From sequence record PV029745.1: 64,000 nucleotides of DNA, one strand, 5' to 3'. Within the stretch, counting starts at the first letter, position 1; the number at the start of each line of letters is the position of its first letter. The notes under the pieces were generated by a model. It was not told the origin of the DNA. It made no database searches and was given only the letters and a program-made list of their open reading frames with translations. This document shows, one piece after another, positions 26,782 to 36,676 of the stretch. The translations under genes were made by a program, and so were the position numbers.

Positions 26782-28296
26782 TCAAACGATATCTTTCGGG
26801 ATAGACTCGATGAAGGCTTTAACGTCATTGCGGTTTTCTGCAAACAGAGCTTGCAGATCACAACCGGCAATTGAACGGAACACAATACCTTTATCTACTT
26901 GAGTAGACGGGAACATCAGCTCGATATAATCACGAACTTCTGCATCCTCCAGCAGACCGATCTCCCATTGATGATCAACACGGCCCTTACGAACCAATGC
27001 TGGATCAAGGTGCTCTGGATGGTTGGTAGTTAGAAGAATCAGCGATCCATCCAACGGAACAACACCATCAAGGGCATTCAACAGGCCAGAGAGTGTTAGG
27101 CCACCCATGCGAGTATCTTCTTCACCTCCATTAGCACGACGGTTATGAAGTTCCCATATGCGAAGCATAATTGGGTCATCGGCAATGTATTTAGAAAGGG
27201 GTTCTTCCGGCACCGGTGCATCAAAGCTGTTTCCAATGACATCTCGGTATTGGCGAGATTCAGTTGGGTTATGTTGCTGATACCCAACACTGAAATCTTC
27301 ACCGGGTATATCCCATATACACATGGGTCCGCCGCCATTATCTATCACTCGATAGTTAGTCAACCCCATCTGAGTGATAAGGCTATCCAACTCATCTTCC
27401 TCGCCAGCTGTCAGTTTCTTAAGCGAACGATTCTGGACTGCCTTATTGGTATCGAAGTCCTCGATCATCAGAACACTACCAGAAGGCATAGACGTAACAG
27501 CTTTACGAAGCAGTTCATCGGAGATACTGGCTAAAGACAACCAATAAATATTCTTATTAAACGCCGAAGCGATTGCCTTACCGATAGATGTCTTACCAGT
27601 GCCAGGGGGACCTGAAAGCATAGCGCACATTTTGTACGGCATGCCACGGGACTCATACCACTCCCGTCCAGAGAAGAACTCTTCAATCTTACCAATGATC
27701 TCCGCTTTTTGTTTGCGGTTCATGATAACTGTGTTCAGCGCGCGTTTAGTAATCGGGATAGAATCACCCCAACGCAAGCCCTCCCATGGAATGACGCAGA
27801 CTTCTTTATCATCTCCCTTAACACGGAATTCCTCTACGAGATCTAACAGTAGTTGAGTGTTCCTAGTCAAGCCGTGGATCTCAATCTGGAATTTTTCCAT
27901 ATGAGTACCAGAGCTATCCAGCTTAGAGCGATTGAACCAGAAGAAGCGCCCTTTGTAGAAGAAGAAATGGGTACCAAAACCAGCGCCGATATCGGTGCTA
28001 GGAGAGGGACTACCATTCCACATAGAGTTCAACGATAGCTTCCGACTGAACCTGGCGATAGGTTGTTGTTTGAACCACTTCATGAAGGCGATACATTGTT
28101 CTTCATTAGGGCCATGTCCGCCATTGTTCATTATCAGAGATGTGACAACCTGATTCCGAATTGCGTTGAACATTTTCTTAGGCAAACTTCGCGCCATCAT
28201 AAGCACCCAGCCACCCAAACCAACACCGACTAAAGATGCGAATGTCGGATTGATCGACATGATCTCTTTGTACCAGGACATAAACTCCTGAATCAT
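26782..28296 (-). CDS. BCS1-like membrane-anchored AAA+ ATPase
   Basis: N-terminal TM; GPPGTGKT, VLMIEDFD, LTLSGLLNALDG, TTNHPEHLDPALVRKGRVD. Confidence 0.88.
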   Translation of the reverse strand: MIQEFMSWYKEIMSINPTFASLVGVGLGGWVLMMARSLPKKMFNAIRNQVVTSLIMNNGGHGPNEEQCIAFMKWFKQQPIARFSRKLSLNSMWNGSPSPSTDIGAGFGTHFFFYKGRFFWFNRSKLDSSGTHMEKFQIEIHGLTRNTQLLLDLVEEFRVKGDDKEVCVIPWEGLRWGDSIPITKRALNTVIMNRKQKAEIIGKIEEFFSGREWYESRGMPYKMCAMLSGPPGTGKTSIGKAIASAFNKNIYWLSLASISDELLRKAVTSMPSGSVLMIEDFDTNKAVQNRSLKKLTAGEEDELDSLITQMGLTNYRVIDNGGGPMCIWDIPGEDFSVGYQQHNPTESRQYRDVIGNSFDAPVPEEPLSKYIADDPIMLRIWELHNRRANGGEEDTRMGGLTLSGLLNALDGVVPLDGSLILLTTNHPEHLDPALVRKGRVDHQWEIGLLEDAEVRDYIELMFPSTQVDKGIVFRSIAGCDLQALFAENRNDVKAFIESIPKDIV

Positions 28297-29120
28297 TTCT
28301 TCTCCCTCACATAGCTGAAGTTTCCACGAGTGTAGGTATTTTGGATCGGATGCTTCTCGATAATCTCATGGTTGGCCATCGAAAGCATGTTTTCAGTGAG
28401 CGCGGGAATATATTCCCCACCGATCATGTAACCGAGGTTCTTCCTTTCTTCATCGCCAATGTGACGTTGATACAAAGGTTGCTCATAGGTCACAATGAAT
28501 AGACCAGTATAACACTTGAAGATGATAAAGCATTGTCCGCGGAGGAACTTATAACGCCATTGCTGCTTTTTAATTTTCTCAATAGGGAACCGGTATTCTT
28601 TACCACCTTCACGGGAAATACGACGAAGCTCACCTGCACATTTCTGTGCCCAGGATCCTTCACCGACGACATAGATGTCTTCGATCAAATCGTCGTAACC
28701 GGGACGGAACTCAGCCTTTCTCCCTCGGGCATTCTTGTAAATTTTGTACGACTGAACTTCAGGACCGAACCAGAATCCTTCAGTGAAGTTTACGACGTGT
28801 GGTGGACGATACACATTACGTGCGATTTTTACATCCACCTTAACGTCGCCATTAAGGGTGAAATCTTCGATATATGCCAGACGACGCATCAGTTGATGAT
28901 ACGGGTAAAGCTTTTGCGTTTGTTCTCCCGGCAAATGAAAACGAAGAAGATGTGGTTCCACGTTATCGGAAATACGCATCCGATGGTTCTTGGTGAGTTC
29001 ACTCAGATTGAATGACTTAATTTCCTCACGCGCAGCTCGCGCTACATATTTCGCATATTTATTTTCACGGTCATCAACGTAAATGTTCATGACAGCTGTG
29101 ACACTTTCATTGAAGTTCAT
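28293..29120 (-). CDS. Hypothetical protein
   Basis: 275 aa; stop overlaps the ATPase start. Confidence 0.75.
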   Translation of the reverse strand: MNFNESVTAVMNIYVDDRENKYAKYVARAAREEIKSFNLSELTKNHRMRISDNVEPHLLRFHLPGEQTQKLYPYHQLMRRLAYIEDFTLNGDVKVDVKIARNVYRPPHVVNFTEGFWFGPEVQSYKIYKNARGRKAEFRPGYDDLIEDIYVVGEGSWAQKCAGELRRISREGGKEYRFPIEKIKKQQWRYKFLRGQCFIIFKCYTGLFIVTYEQPLYQRHIGDEERKNLGYMIGGEYIPALTENMLSMANHEIIEKHPIQNTYTRGNFSYVREKK

Positions 29121-29156
29121 TGCATTTTCCTTTTGGTTAAGCTTAACGGCATAAAA

Positions 29157-29165
29157 GTAATATAG
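29157..29165 (-). promoter_or_regulatory. phiKZ-type early promoter
   Basis: CTATATTAC on the minus strand upstream of the gene starting at 29120; TATTAC is the phiKZ early -10 element. Confidence 0.6.
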
Positions 29166-29199
29166 ACCTCTAAACGGTTAGAATAGAGGTCTACTTTTT

Positions 29200-29412
29200 C
29201 TAGAACTTCAGTTCATGTTCCCTGGCTTTGAATACCAGAGGACGTGCACGATCCTGAACACTGACCACAAATTGATCAGTCCCAGGAATCTGACCGAGCA
29301 GAGTTAGGGGTTCATCCTTTTCTGCACAGAGATAAGAAGTCCGCCCTTTCAAGGCTGAAGCTTCAATTCGTTCACTAGCACGAACAGTAACACGATAAGT
29401 CATTTCATTCAC
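29200..29412 (-). CDS. Small beta-barrel (SH3-like) hypothetical protein
   Basis: ATGA overlap; similar to 40356-40553. Confidence 0.6.
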   Translation of the reverse strand: MNEMTYRVTVRASERIEASALKGRTSYLCAEKDEPLTLLGQIPGTDQFVVSVQDRARPLVFKAREHELKF

Positions 29413-29975
29413 TCAAAGTCAATTACACGCCAACGATCATACCCGCACGCAGCGAGCAAACCGACACGCTCCATTGCAGGCACATAGCCCGACAGTTTGA
29501 CGGTCTTCAATTCTCCGGTTTCCATCCCATGATACAACGATTTCGCAATAGCAGTGTCCGGATACCACTGCGTCAACGGAATCGAAGTATTATAGGTATA
29601 ACCGCAGAACACATCATAAACGTGATGATGTTCATTAATGAACAGACAGTTACCTTGAGCGCCGTTATCGTGATGGGTTTCTTGGATCAACGCGCGGATC
29701 TCACTCAGATGGCCGGAAGTAAAGCTATCGTAAAACCGGCCAACATCATCATCCCAAAGCAGATCACGAATACGACGAACCAGAGTATCTTCACCACCAA
29801 TGATGATACACTTGATTTTCTGTTTGCGTTCTTCCTGCGGGGGATGGTAAGTGTTGTCGTTATTTTCATGGAAGCGAACGACATGGGTATTGAAACCGCA
29901 ATCCTTACGACCGAAGAAAACAACCTGATCGGCAAAAACTGCCTGGGCGAAATGCATTTGTCCTTTCATATTCAC
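29409..29975 (-). CDS. Hypothetical protein
   Basis: Coupled to neighbours; possible distant paralog of 22494-23171. Confidence 0.7.
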   Translation of the reverse strand: MNMKGQMHFAQAVFADQVVFFGRKDCGFNTHVVRFHENNDNTYHPPQEERKQKIKCIIIGGEDTLVRRIRDLLWDDDVGRFYDSFTSGHLSEIRALIQETHHDNGAQGNCLFINEHHHVYDVFCGYTYNTSIPLTQWYPDTAIAKSLYHGMETGELKTVKLSGYVPAMERVGLLAACGYDRWRVIDFE

Positions 29976-30313
29976 TCCTCCAAAATATGGATGGCTTCAC
30001 CGCGTTCCAAGAACGGCAGATAAGTCTCGTAGTTGTTGATGACCCACTGACAGGATTCGTGCTTCGGGGTATCCTGAATGAATACACGCATAAAGGTCAG
30101 AAGGTAGATCAGAGAAGCACGGTTGAAACTCAGACCAGCCTGTTCCCATTCTTCCTTGTATTGGCGGGCCTTATCGATGTGATAATCCAAACCTTCCAAT
30201 GCAGCGATGTTAACACCATCGACAGCGTTAGCCAAATCCTCGATCATGTACGGGAAAACCAGATCGACGTACTCATCATGTTCAACAGCGTTTACTTGTT
30301 CGATAGCGTTCAT
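29972..30313 (-). CDS. Hypothetical protein
   Basis: ATGA overlaps on both sides. Confidence 0.72.
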   Translation of the reverse strand: MNAIEQVNAVEHDEYVDLVFPYMIEDLANAVDGVNIAALEGLDYHIDKARQYKEEWEQAGLSFNRASLIYLLTFMRVFIQDTPKHESCQWVINNYETYLPFLERGEAIHILEE

Positions 30314-30519
30314 ACTTCATTTCCTTGTTTGTAATAAACTGATTTACGAGAATGTGGAAGACACGACATATCGCGGACGGGGAAGATCCCGTCCGCGTAT
30401 GCTGTTATCACCTGTGGTCTTGCCCGAGTGGGCATCTCAGCTTCAGCTTTCATGGTTACAGGCAGCACGCCTTTACTGAGAATATCATCGACCAGCGCAT
30501 TCCAGGCGGTATTTTTCAT
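30310..30519 (-). CDS. Small hypothetical protein
   Basis: TAATG / ATGA coupling. Confidence 0.6.
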   Translation of the reverse strand: MKNTAWNALVDDILSKGVLPVTMKAEAEMPTRARPQVITAYADGIFPVRDMSCLPHSRKSVYYKQGNEV

Positions 30520-31295
30520 TAGCGGTTGACCTGTTCGCGATAGTCACGATCGGCCAGCGCCAACAGAGACCAGGAAGTCGCCACCGGCAGTTCACGGCAA
30601 TCTGTAGCTACACGTTCAACGGTGTAACCCGCTACGCGTTCAGCTACGATATCGATCCGCCAATCCGGATCAGTGATCTGCTTGATCGCTTTCGGCCGCG
30701 CCAGATCGTACACGATACCCTGGAAGGTAATACCAATGACGTTAACCTTACCGGCTGCACGCTTAGAGATCTCGACCATGTCGGATTCTTTCAACAGATG
30801 AGTACGACGTACGATGTGTTGCAGATAACGACGAGTGCTACGCATGGCGTTATGTTCGCCCATGAAGTAGAACTGGCTGATGAAAATATGCTCGTTGTTA
30901 TTAGTACGGATCTGAACTGGACGAGGAAACCCACTGCCGATACCCAGGTTCAGAGTGGTCTTTTTGTCCATGGCGTAGAAGTCTACATACTTCTTACGCA
31001 GCATATAGAGTTCACCAGTGGGAGTCAGATAGATCTTAGTAGCGCTGGAATCATCTACTTCAACTTCGTTCAGTTCGCAATAGATACCCAGACCTTGTAC
31101 AACCGATTGTGCTTGTAGTAGCCGTTCTTCAGTGAGGCGTTTCGAATAGGTCACCAGTGTATCTGCGATTACACCAACTAGCAGGTTCTCACCATTGCAG
31201 GGAATGATCTCCATGCCGATCAGTTCTACAAGCTCTAGAGCCAGCTTTACTTTCTCCGCATCATAGCGGTCATAAATACCAATGAACTTAGCCAT
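30519..31295 (-). CDS. Hypothetical protein
   Basis: 258 aa, GAGGA SD, long structured leader. Confidence 0.78.
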   Translation of the reverse strand: MAKFIGIYDRYDAEKVKLALELVELIGMEIIPCNGENLLVGVIADTLVTYSKRLTEERLLQAQSVVQGLGIYCELNEVEVDDSSATKIYLTPTGELYMLRKKYVDFYAMDKKTTLNLGIGSGFPRPVQIRTNNNEHIFISQFYFMGEHNAMRSTRRYLQHIVRRTHLLKESDMVEISKRAAGKVNVIGITFQGIVYDLARPKAIKQITDPDWRIDIVAERVAGYTVERVATDCRELPVATSWSLLALADRDYREQVNR

Positions 31296-31537
31296 TTCTC
31301 ATTTTCCTCTTTTGGTTGAAGTAATTACATACAACAGGGGTGGGGAGTGGATTCTTACTCGGTGCAGCTACTCTTGAGGTAGCTGAGATCCGAGGAACAA
31401 TAATGCTCGATTGTATCGGGAGTTTAATACTCATTTCGGATGTACCTAAAGGTAGTGTATATTAAAAGAAGAATAAAGAGGGGTAATCTCCCCCTCATTA
31501 GATCAAGGTGATCCAGTATAAAATTCCTTATCTTTTT

Positions 31538-31774
31538 TTAGATAAGGTTATTGCTCCAGGTGAAACCATCAGGAGCATTCTTACTAAAGAACTCATTACC
31601 CCAACCAAAAGAAATCTTAAAGTCTTTAACTACACCTGAATCGGAGTTAATAACTTTATATTCACTGACCTCATCGCTATTCTGCAATACAATCAACAGA
31701 GCGATAAGATCTTCAGGATTGCCAATACAGAGCTCATGACGCTTGTCATGTCTCTTAAAGATAACTGTCAGCAT
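31538..31774 (-). CDS. Hypothetical protein
   Basis: 78 aa, co-oriented. Confidence 0.55.
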   Translation of the reverse strand: MLTVIFKRHDKRHELCIGNPEDLIALLIVLQNSDEVSEYKVINSDSGVVKDFKISFGWGNEFFSKNAPDGFTWSNNLI

Positions 31775-31815
31775 ATCAAACCTCGTGACGGAATAAAGAG
31801 AGCTCCGAAGAGCTC

Positions 31816-32331
31816 TCAGAATTTATACATCAATACGTCTTTCGGATATCGACGCAGAAGAACCTTGAAATCGGTATCCATGGGTGCAGTGGTCGAAGTA
31901 ACAACTTTACCCTTCATAACTTCACGAAGGTCTACCTCTTCAACTGTTACATTGTGGATAGTCTTCCGAGTGGTCCATTCCGTATCAATGTTGTTATACG
32001 GATTATTATTCTTCTGCCATCCATCTGAATCGCGGAAGGGAATAGTGTAAACATAAATCGTCAACTTGAGGAATTCTTCAAGTGTGATTAATCGATCGGA
32101 GAAGATCCATATATCACCATTGATCTCAACGAAGCGATCAGAGTTAAACTCTTTTTCTACAGCACTACCTATTCCAAGTAGTTCAGCTTCTCGTTTGACA
32201 GAGGTAGCATAAAGATTTAGGTTAGACTCAACCCCATCCCACACTGTTAACTTACCGGACCTTTTAAAGCCAGGCATGAGTTCCTTCTGTTTGTAGAGAG
32301 AGCCATGATACAACAGCTCTGGTTTGTCCAT
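31816..32331 (-). CDS. ADP-ribosyltransferase-fold protein (Arr-like)
   Basis: LLYHGS...ELMPG...LYATS...IYVY pattern typical of H-Y type ART folds. Confidence 0.5.
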   Translation of the reverse strand: MDKPELLYHGSLYKQKELMPGFKRSGKLTVWDGVESNLNLYATSVKREAELLGIGSAVEKEFNSDRFVEINGDIWIFSDRLITLEEFLKLTIYVYTIPFRDSDGWQKNNNPYNNIDTEWTTRKTIHNVTVEEVDLREVMKGKVVTSTTAPMDTDFKVLLRRYPKDVLMYKF

Positions 32332-32395
32332 GATGCGTTTCTCTTGATAAACTCATACGATGGATGCCTTTTACAACATCCATCGTCTATGAGCC

Positions 32396-32755
32396 TTACA
32401 CGGCCTTGTAGCTATCATCCATATCGATAGGACTTCCATAATAAATCTGGAACCTATTGAACAGACTGTCCATGTCTACACGTAGAGCACGGATATTCAT
32501 GCGGTTATCACTCGGCCGCCCTTCGGACTCCCAAATGGCATGTGCGATCGAAGGAGCTACGTTATTCAGGTAGTCTTCAACCTCATGCTCTTCGAGTAAC
32601 AGAGTATCCTGGAAACCGATACGGGAGATAATAGCATAGTCACGCTGATCGTGTTTTTTAGAACCTTCACGTACCAGGTAACTCGTGCCAGATCCATTCC
32701 TACAGCCATTACCATGAATCTCTACAACGAACTTACCGTGCCATTTGTAGTCCAT
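32396..32755 (-). CDS. Hypothetical protein
   Basis: AAGGAG SD. Confidence 0.7.
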   Translation of the reverse strand: MDYKWHGKFVVEIHGNGCRNGSGTSYLVREGSKKHDQRDYAIISRIGFQDTLLLEEHEVEDYLNNVAPSIAHAIWESEGRPSDNRMNIRALRVDMDSLFNRFQIYYGSPIDMDDSYKAV

Positions 32756-32768
32756 GTGAAGTACTCCT

Positions 32769-33290
32769 TTATTTGATCCGCTTCATTACAAGAGGGACAG
32801 ACAAAGTAATCCCATTCGACAGTTTCTCCAGGATGCGGTTTACAGCAGCAGCCTCTTGGGCGTTCTCACAAGGGAGCATAATAGCATCCCCGTAGTAATG
32901 ACTGTGATCCAGACGATCACCCCAGACACTGTTTACGAAACCATATTCCATGCCGTCGTTTGTAGTTACAATCGCAACGACATGGTCAGGACCAATCATA
33001 CCAGTTTCGAGATCACCGACAAGATCCAGCTTCTGTACAACGCCCCGCTGGCAGATCCATACTTCATGATAACGATAAGGAGTAAGGTCACCACCAGTAC
33101 TCGGATCGACTTCGCTAACGAAATACAGAGTACCCCAGTTCATGCTTTGAAACTGAACGGTCTGCTTGTAAGCTTCCCATTTGTCTTCAAGACAGTTTAC
33201 ATGTTTGTCGATCCACAAACCCTCGTTATTGAGGCTATCGACGATACCGTCCCGGACACGTACGACATGAAGAGTCTTAGTCATTTTCAA
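32769..33290 (-). CDS. Hypothetical protein
   Basis: AAGGAG SD. Confidence 0.72.
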   Translation of the reverse strand: MKMTKTLHVVRVRDGIVDSLNNEGLWIDKHVNCLEDKWEAYKQTVQFQSMNWGTLYFVSEVDPSTGGDLTPYRYHEVWICQRGVVQKLDLVGDLETGMIGPDHVVAIVTTNDGMEYGFVNSVWGDRLDHSHYYGDAIMLPCENAQEAAAVNRILEKLSNGITLSVPLVMKRIK

Positions 33291-33297
33291 TCTCCTT

Positions 33298-33744
33298 TTA
33301 ATAGTTTCTGAATCGATCGTAAGTGACTTTTTCTTTAAGCCGATCGATAATGTAATTACGACCTTGAGTGAACTGAAGTTTTTGATGACTGTCCAACTCG
33401 CTCCATTCGGTCAAACGAGGAAGATCTGAAACCTGATCATATTTCGCCTTATTGAGCTTCCTGATCATGTCCCAGATATAGTCACCTTCAATGAACCAGC
33501 GGAAACTAGTGAACGTATCCACGTCAGTTAGCTTGACCCCATAGAGGCTAAGATCAACTCCTGCTTCTTCTGCCATCTTACAGGTCTTTTTATAGGCATC
33601 GAATACCGCACGAAGGCGATGGTCGAAACCATCGCCTTCGCACATTTCGATAGCTACGATCAACATCGGAAACGTATCACTGTAGAACTTGATCAGCTTC
33701 CGGGTCGCTGCTTCCAGCGCTTTCTGCTTTTGCGTTTTTGCCAT
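33298..33744 (-). CDS. Hypothetical helical protein
   Basis: Start MAKTQKQKALE chosen from AGGGA SD. Confidence 0.7.
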   Translation of the reverse strand: MAKTQKQKALEAATRKLIKFYSDTFPMLIVAIEMCEGDGFDHRLRAVFDAYKKTCKMAEEAGVDLSLYGVKLTDVDTFTSFRWFIEGDYIWDMIRKLNKAKYDQVSDLPRLTEWSELDSHQKLQFTQGRNYIIDRLKEKVTYDRFRNY

Positions 33745-34189
33745 TTTTAATATCCCTAAATTCACGAAGGAATTCTTTGTGTTCATCGTAATGTTTAAAA
33801 GCCAGTGCAAGCACATTAAGTGCCTTCCCGAAAGCGCGTCGTTCACTGACGGGATATTCTGACCAGATTTTAAACTTGTTCTTTGGTAGTTGAAAGTTCA
33901 GATGTACGATCGTGTCCCAATAGGAATACGAAAGCAACCAGCTCGCATGTTCATAGACAGTGTGGTTAGCAGGGTCTACACCCATCACATCCATGTAGAT
34001 GCCGTTTTCTTTCGCCACGCACAGAAGATTCCTGTGACAATGGAGAAGGTCAGTCATCACATCTACGTCTGGTATGCCTTTACCAGAATAAGAATGGAAC
34101 TTACGAACCATTACCATCCAGGCCTCGAATGCTCTTTTAAATGCAGCAGTCTGCCGACGCGTCTTCGTTGATTTCTTAGTCTCCATCAT
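33677..34189 (-). CDS. Hypothetical helical protein
   Basis: GGAG SD; 3' end overlaps the next gene by 68 nt. Confidence 0.68.
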   Translation of the reverse strand: MMETKKSTKTRRQTAAFKRAFEAWMVMVRKFHSYSGKGIPDVDVMTDLLHCHRNLLCVAKENGIYMDVMGVDPANHTVYEHASWLLSYSYWDTIVHLNFQLPKNKFKIWSEYPVSERRAFGKALNVLALAFKHYDEHKEFLREFRDIKNGKNAKAESAGSSDPEADQVLQ

Positions 34190-34769
34190 GATGCTCCACT
34201 CGACCAGAAAGGTTATATTCGACCTTGAACTGCATTCTTACCGGAGCGTAAGTTTGCGGATATTCTGGAATACTTTTGTATTCACCTTCAAAACAGGTGA
34301 ACAACATTTCACCCGTATTGACTTTGTAGATACTTGGCATGTAGTGTACGTACCACAGCTTGTCATCTTTTAGAACATAATGACCAAAACTGTTTTCACG
34401 ACGAGCATCTTTTATGACCTGGATATTCTTACCAAGTACGTCTCCGATGAAACCGAGGTGATCATCCAGATCCATACCCTCGGAATCACCATTCATGACT
34501 AAAGCTTCAGGAGACAAATACATCTTTCGAATGGTGGCATTAACCGGTTCGAGATAACCTTTCTCTACACCCGACATCCATTTGTTGAAAGAACCAATCC
34601 GCTTGGGATCGTCTGTACCTACCAGGATAGTGGTATCGTCATAAACGATATTAATCAAATCGTAGCCAGCTGCACGATTACGTTGAATGATCCAACCATG
34701 ATAGTTGACCCGCAGAAAAGCCATTGCATGTAGTTTGCCTCGGAGGGCTTCCAGAGTAAGCTTTTTCAT
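34176..34769 (-). CDS. Hypothetical protein
   Basis: AAGGA SD. Confidence 0.72.
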   Translation of the reverse strand: MKKLTLEALRGKLHAMAFLRVNYHGWIIQRNRAAGYDLINIVYDDTTILVGTDDPKRIGSFNKWMSGVEKGYLEPVNATIRKMYLSPEALVMNGDSEGMDLDDHLGFIGDVLGKNIQVIKDARRENSFGHYVLKDDKLWYVHYMPSIYKVNTGEMLFTCFEGEYKSIPEYPQTYAPVRMQFKVEYNLSGRVEHHDGD

Positions 34770-34778
34770 TTTAGTTCC

Positions 34779-35240
34779 TTAGTAAACGCCATTGATGATG
34801 GCCTCGCGGAAACGAGCCCACTCAGTTTGACCAACTACCAGCTCTCTTTCTTTTGGACGCCAGAGGTGGTCGCCGCAATCAAGACCTAGGTAAAGCATAT
34901 TAGCTTTCCATTGGTTCCGATGGTTACGCAGTGTAGCCGACAGACTGAACTCACGCATAACTTCATTAACATCCAAATGAACCAGAGTTTCACTGGTCAT
35001 TCCGCTCATGCTGATACCAAGAACCTCACGAACACGAATCAGATCATCCGTCATCGAACGCCAGGCTTGGATATGTGCGTAATACTCATCTGGAGTCATG
35101 CTGTTTTTATAGTTCGATGCTCCGGGCGTCATGGACATCCAACTCGGAAATTGGATAGACATGTAGTAAAGCCAGTCGCTATCGTATCGCAGTTCGTTCA
35201 GTTTTTCCTGGATAATGGGGTTGGTGGTTGCTTTAGCCAT
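34779..35240 (-). CDS. Hypothetical protein, paralog of 35240-35695
   Basis: Shared KL.L..D, FP..M..P..NYK, QW...L.L...WR and WA.F.E motifs. Confidence 0.75.
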   Translation of the reverse strand: MAKATTNPIIQEKLNELRYDSDWLYYMSIQFPSWMSMTPGASNYKNSMTPDEYYAHIQAWRSMTDDLIRVREVLGISMSGMTSETLVHLDVNEVMREFSLSATLRNHRNQWKANMLYLGLDCGDHLWRPKERELVVGQTEWARFREAIINGVY

Positions 35241-35695
35241 TAGACTACTACCTCGCGTAGATAAGCAATGAGTTCCTCCTGGAACTCAGCCCAGACAGAT
35301 TTCATATCAACCCCTTCAGGTTGACGTGCACGCCATACATCAGAGTCTGCCGGTAGTTCCAGCGCTTTACAGATATCACGCCATTGGTGAACATACTTAC
35401 GGACACCAGCCGGAGTGGAAAGAACCACCAGAGAATCGATGGTAGCCAATTTAACGAAAGGTTCGTCTTCAATCGGCATACCACCCCAACTGACATCAAT
35501 CTCACGAACGATGTCATTCAGTTCAGCCAGGCGATGATGGAACTCGACAACACCTTCACGACCAGGTTTGTAGTTCAGACCAGACGGCATAGTACGCATC
35601 ATGGCCGGGAACAGTTCGGTCAGCACAGCGTAGTAACGCTCGTCCTTGGCCAGATCACGGAGTTTGTTTTCGAGCATGGAATTAACTTTAGGCAT
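35240..35695 (-). CDS. Hypothetical protein, paralog of 34779-35240
   Basis: GAGGA SD; motifs as above. Confidence 0.75.
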   Translation of the reverse strand: MPKVNSMLENKLRDLAKDERYYAVLTELFPAMMRTMPSGLNYKPGREGVVEFHHRLAELNDIVREIDVSWGGMPIEDEPFVKLATIDSLVVLSTPAGVRKYVHQWRDICKALELPADSDVWRARQPEGVDMKSVWAEFQEELIAYLREVVV

Positions 35696-35721
35696 TTCTA
35701 TTTCCTCAGGGCTTGATGGAA

Positions 35722-36240
35722 TTAAGCAGTTGTAACTTTAGGTTGGACGGGTTTGATAATTTCGTTATAGGACATCCAGTTGTAGGTGGTGAAGAACTTC
35801 GGATGACTTACTTTCAACCATTTAACGAACTTATTCAGTTCTTCTTCCCGAACGAAACCATTACCGTAAAGATCACGGCGGCACGGATCACCCTCGGGCA
35901 TTTCAGCGCAGTGGGCGTCATGCATTTGTCGGATCAACTCCAACAAATTTTCTTTACGTCCAATCAGGAACGTAAATACATGCAGCGGATCCCAACTTGT
36001 CATGGTGGTCCACATGGATTTGTTGGCAGTCAGATTTTCGAGCTTGAGCTCTTTCACCTTATCCATCACCAATTTGCATTGGACCAACATCCCTTCAAGT
36101 TGTTCGTTCGGATCACCGTCAATAATCCAGTGAGAACCGCCAGGCATATAACCGCAGAAGGTGTAAAGATTGTCACGCAGATACGCATGACGACCACGTT
36201 CCAATGCTTCTGCTTTCTTCTGTTCCTTAGACTTAGCCAT
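35722..36240 (-). CDS. Hypothetical helical protein
   Basis: Start MAKSKEQKKAEALE chosen from GAGGG SD. Confidence 0.7.
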   Translation of the reverse strand: MAKSKEQKKAEALERGRHAYLRDNLYTFCGYMPGGSHWIIDGDPNEQLEGMLVQCKLVMDKVKELKLENLTANKSMWTTMTSWDPLHVFTFLIGRKENLLELIRQMHDAHCAEMPEGDPCRRDLYGNGFVREEELNKFVKWLKVSHPKFFTTYNWMSYNEIIKPVQPKVTTA

Positions 36241-36676
36241 TTTCATAACCCTCATCAGACTTGAATGTGCGTTCAGGACTGAACACGTATTTGATATCGT
36301 CAATCACAGCTGTGATATAGACCTGATATTCTTTTGAAATAGATTCCATCAACTCTACCGATACGTACTCCGCAGTTTGAATACGGTTGTAAGCATCGTC
36401 AAGCATGTCATCATCATGACCGAACAACAAACCGAGATCAGTAGAATTGATTACCGGGTAATGTACCCAGTTACGGATATACGGTTTACCAAGATGAATT
36501 ACTTGAATAACTTCATCATGTTCCTGTTTCTTTTTCTTGTTTACGTATTTGACGTGACGTTCGATGAAAGCATAGATACCGGAACCGTTGGTGTTACCGT
36601 ATGCAGCCAGTTCGAAGCCGTATTTATGGTCGATGTTATTGGTGTCACGACGCCATTGAGGAATGAAAGCACTCAT
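36233..36676 (-). CDS. Hypothetical protein
   Basis: ATGA overlap with the upstream stop. Confidence 0.7.
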   Translation of the reverse strand: MSAFIPQWRRDTNNIDHKYGFELAAYGNTNGSGIYAFIERHVKYVNKKKKQEHDEVIQVIHLGKPYIRNWVHYPVINSTDLGLLFGHDDDMLDDAYNRIQTAEYVSVELMESISKEYQVYITAVIDDIKYVFSPERTFKSDEGYENG

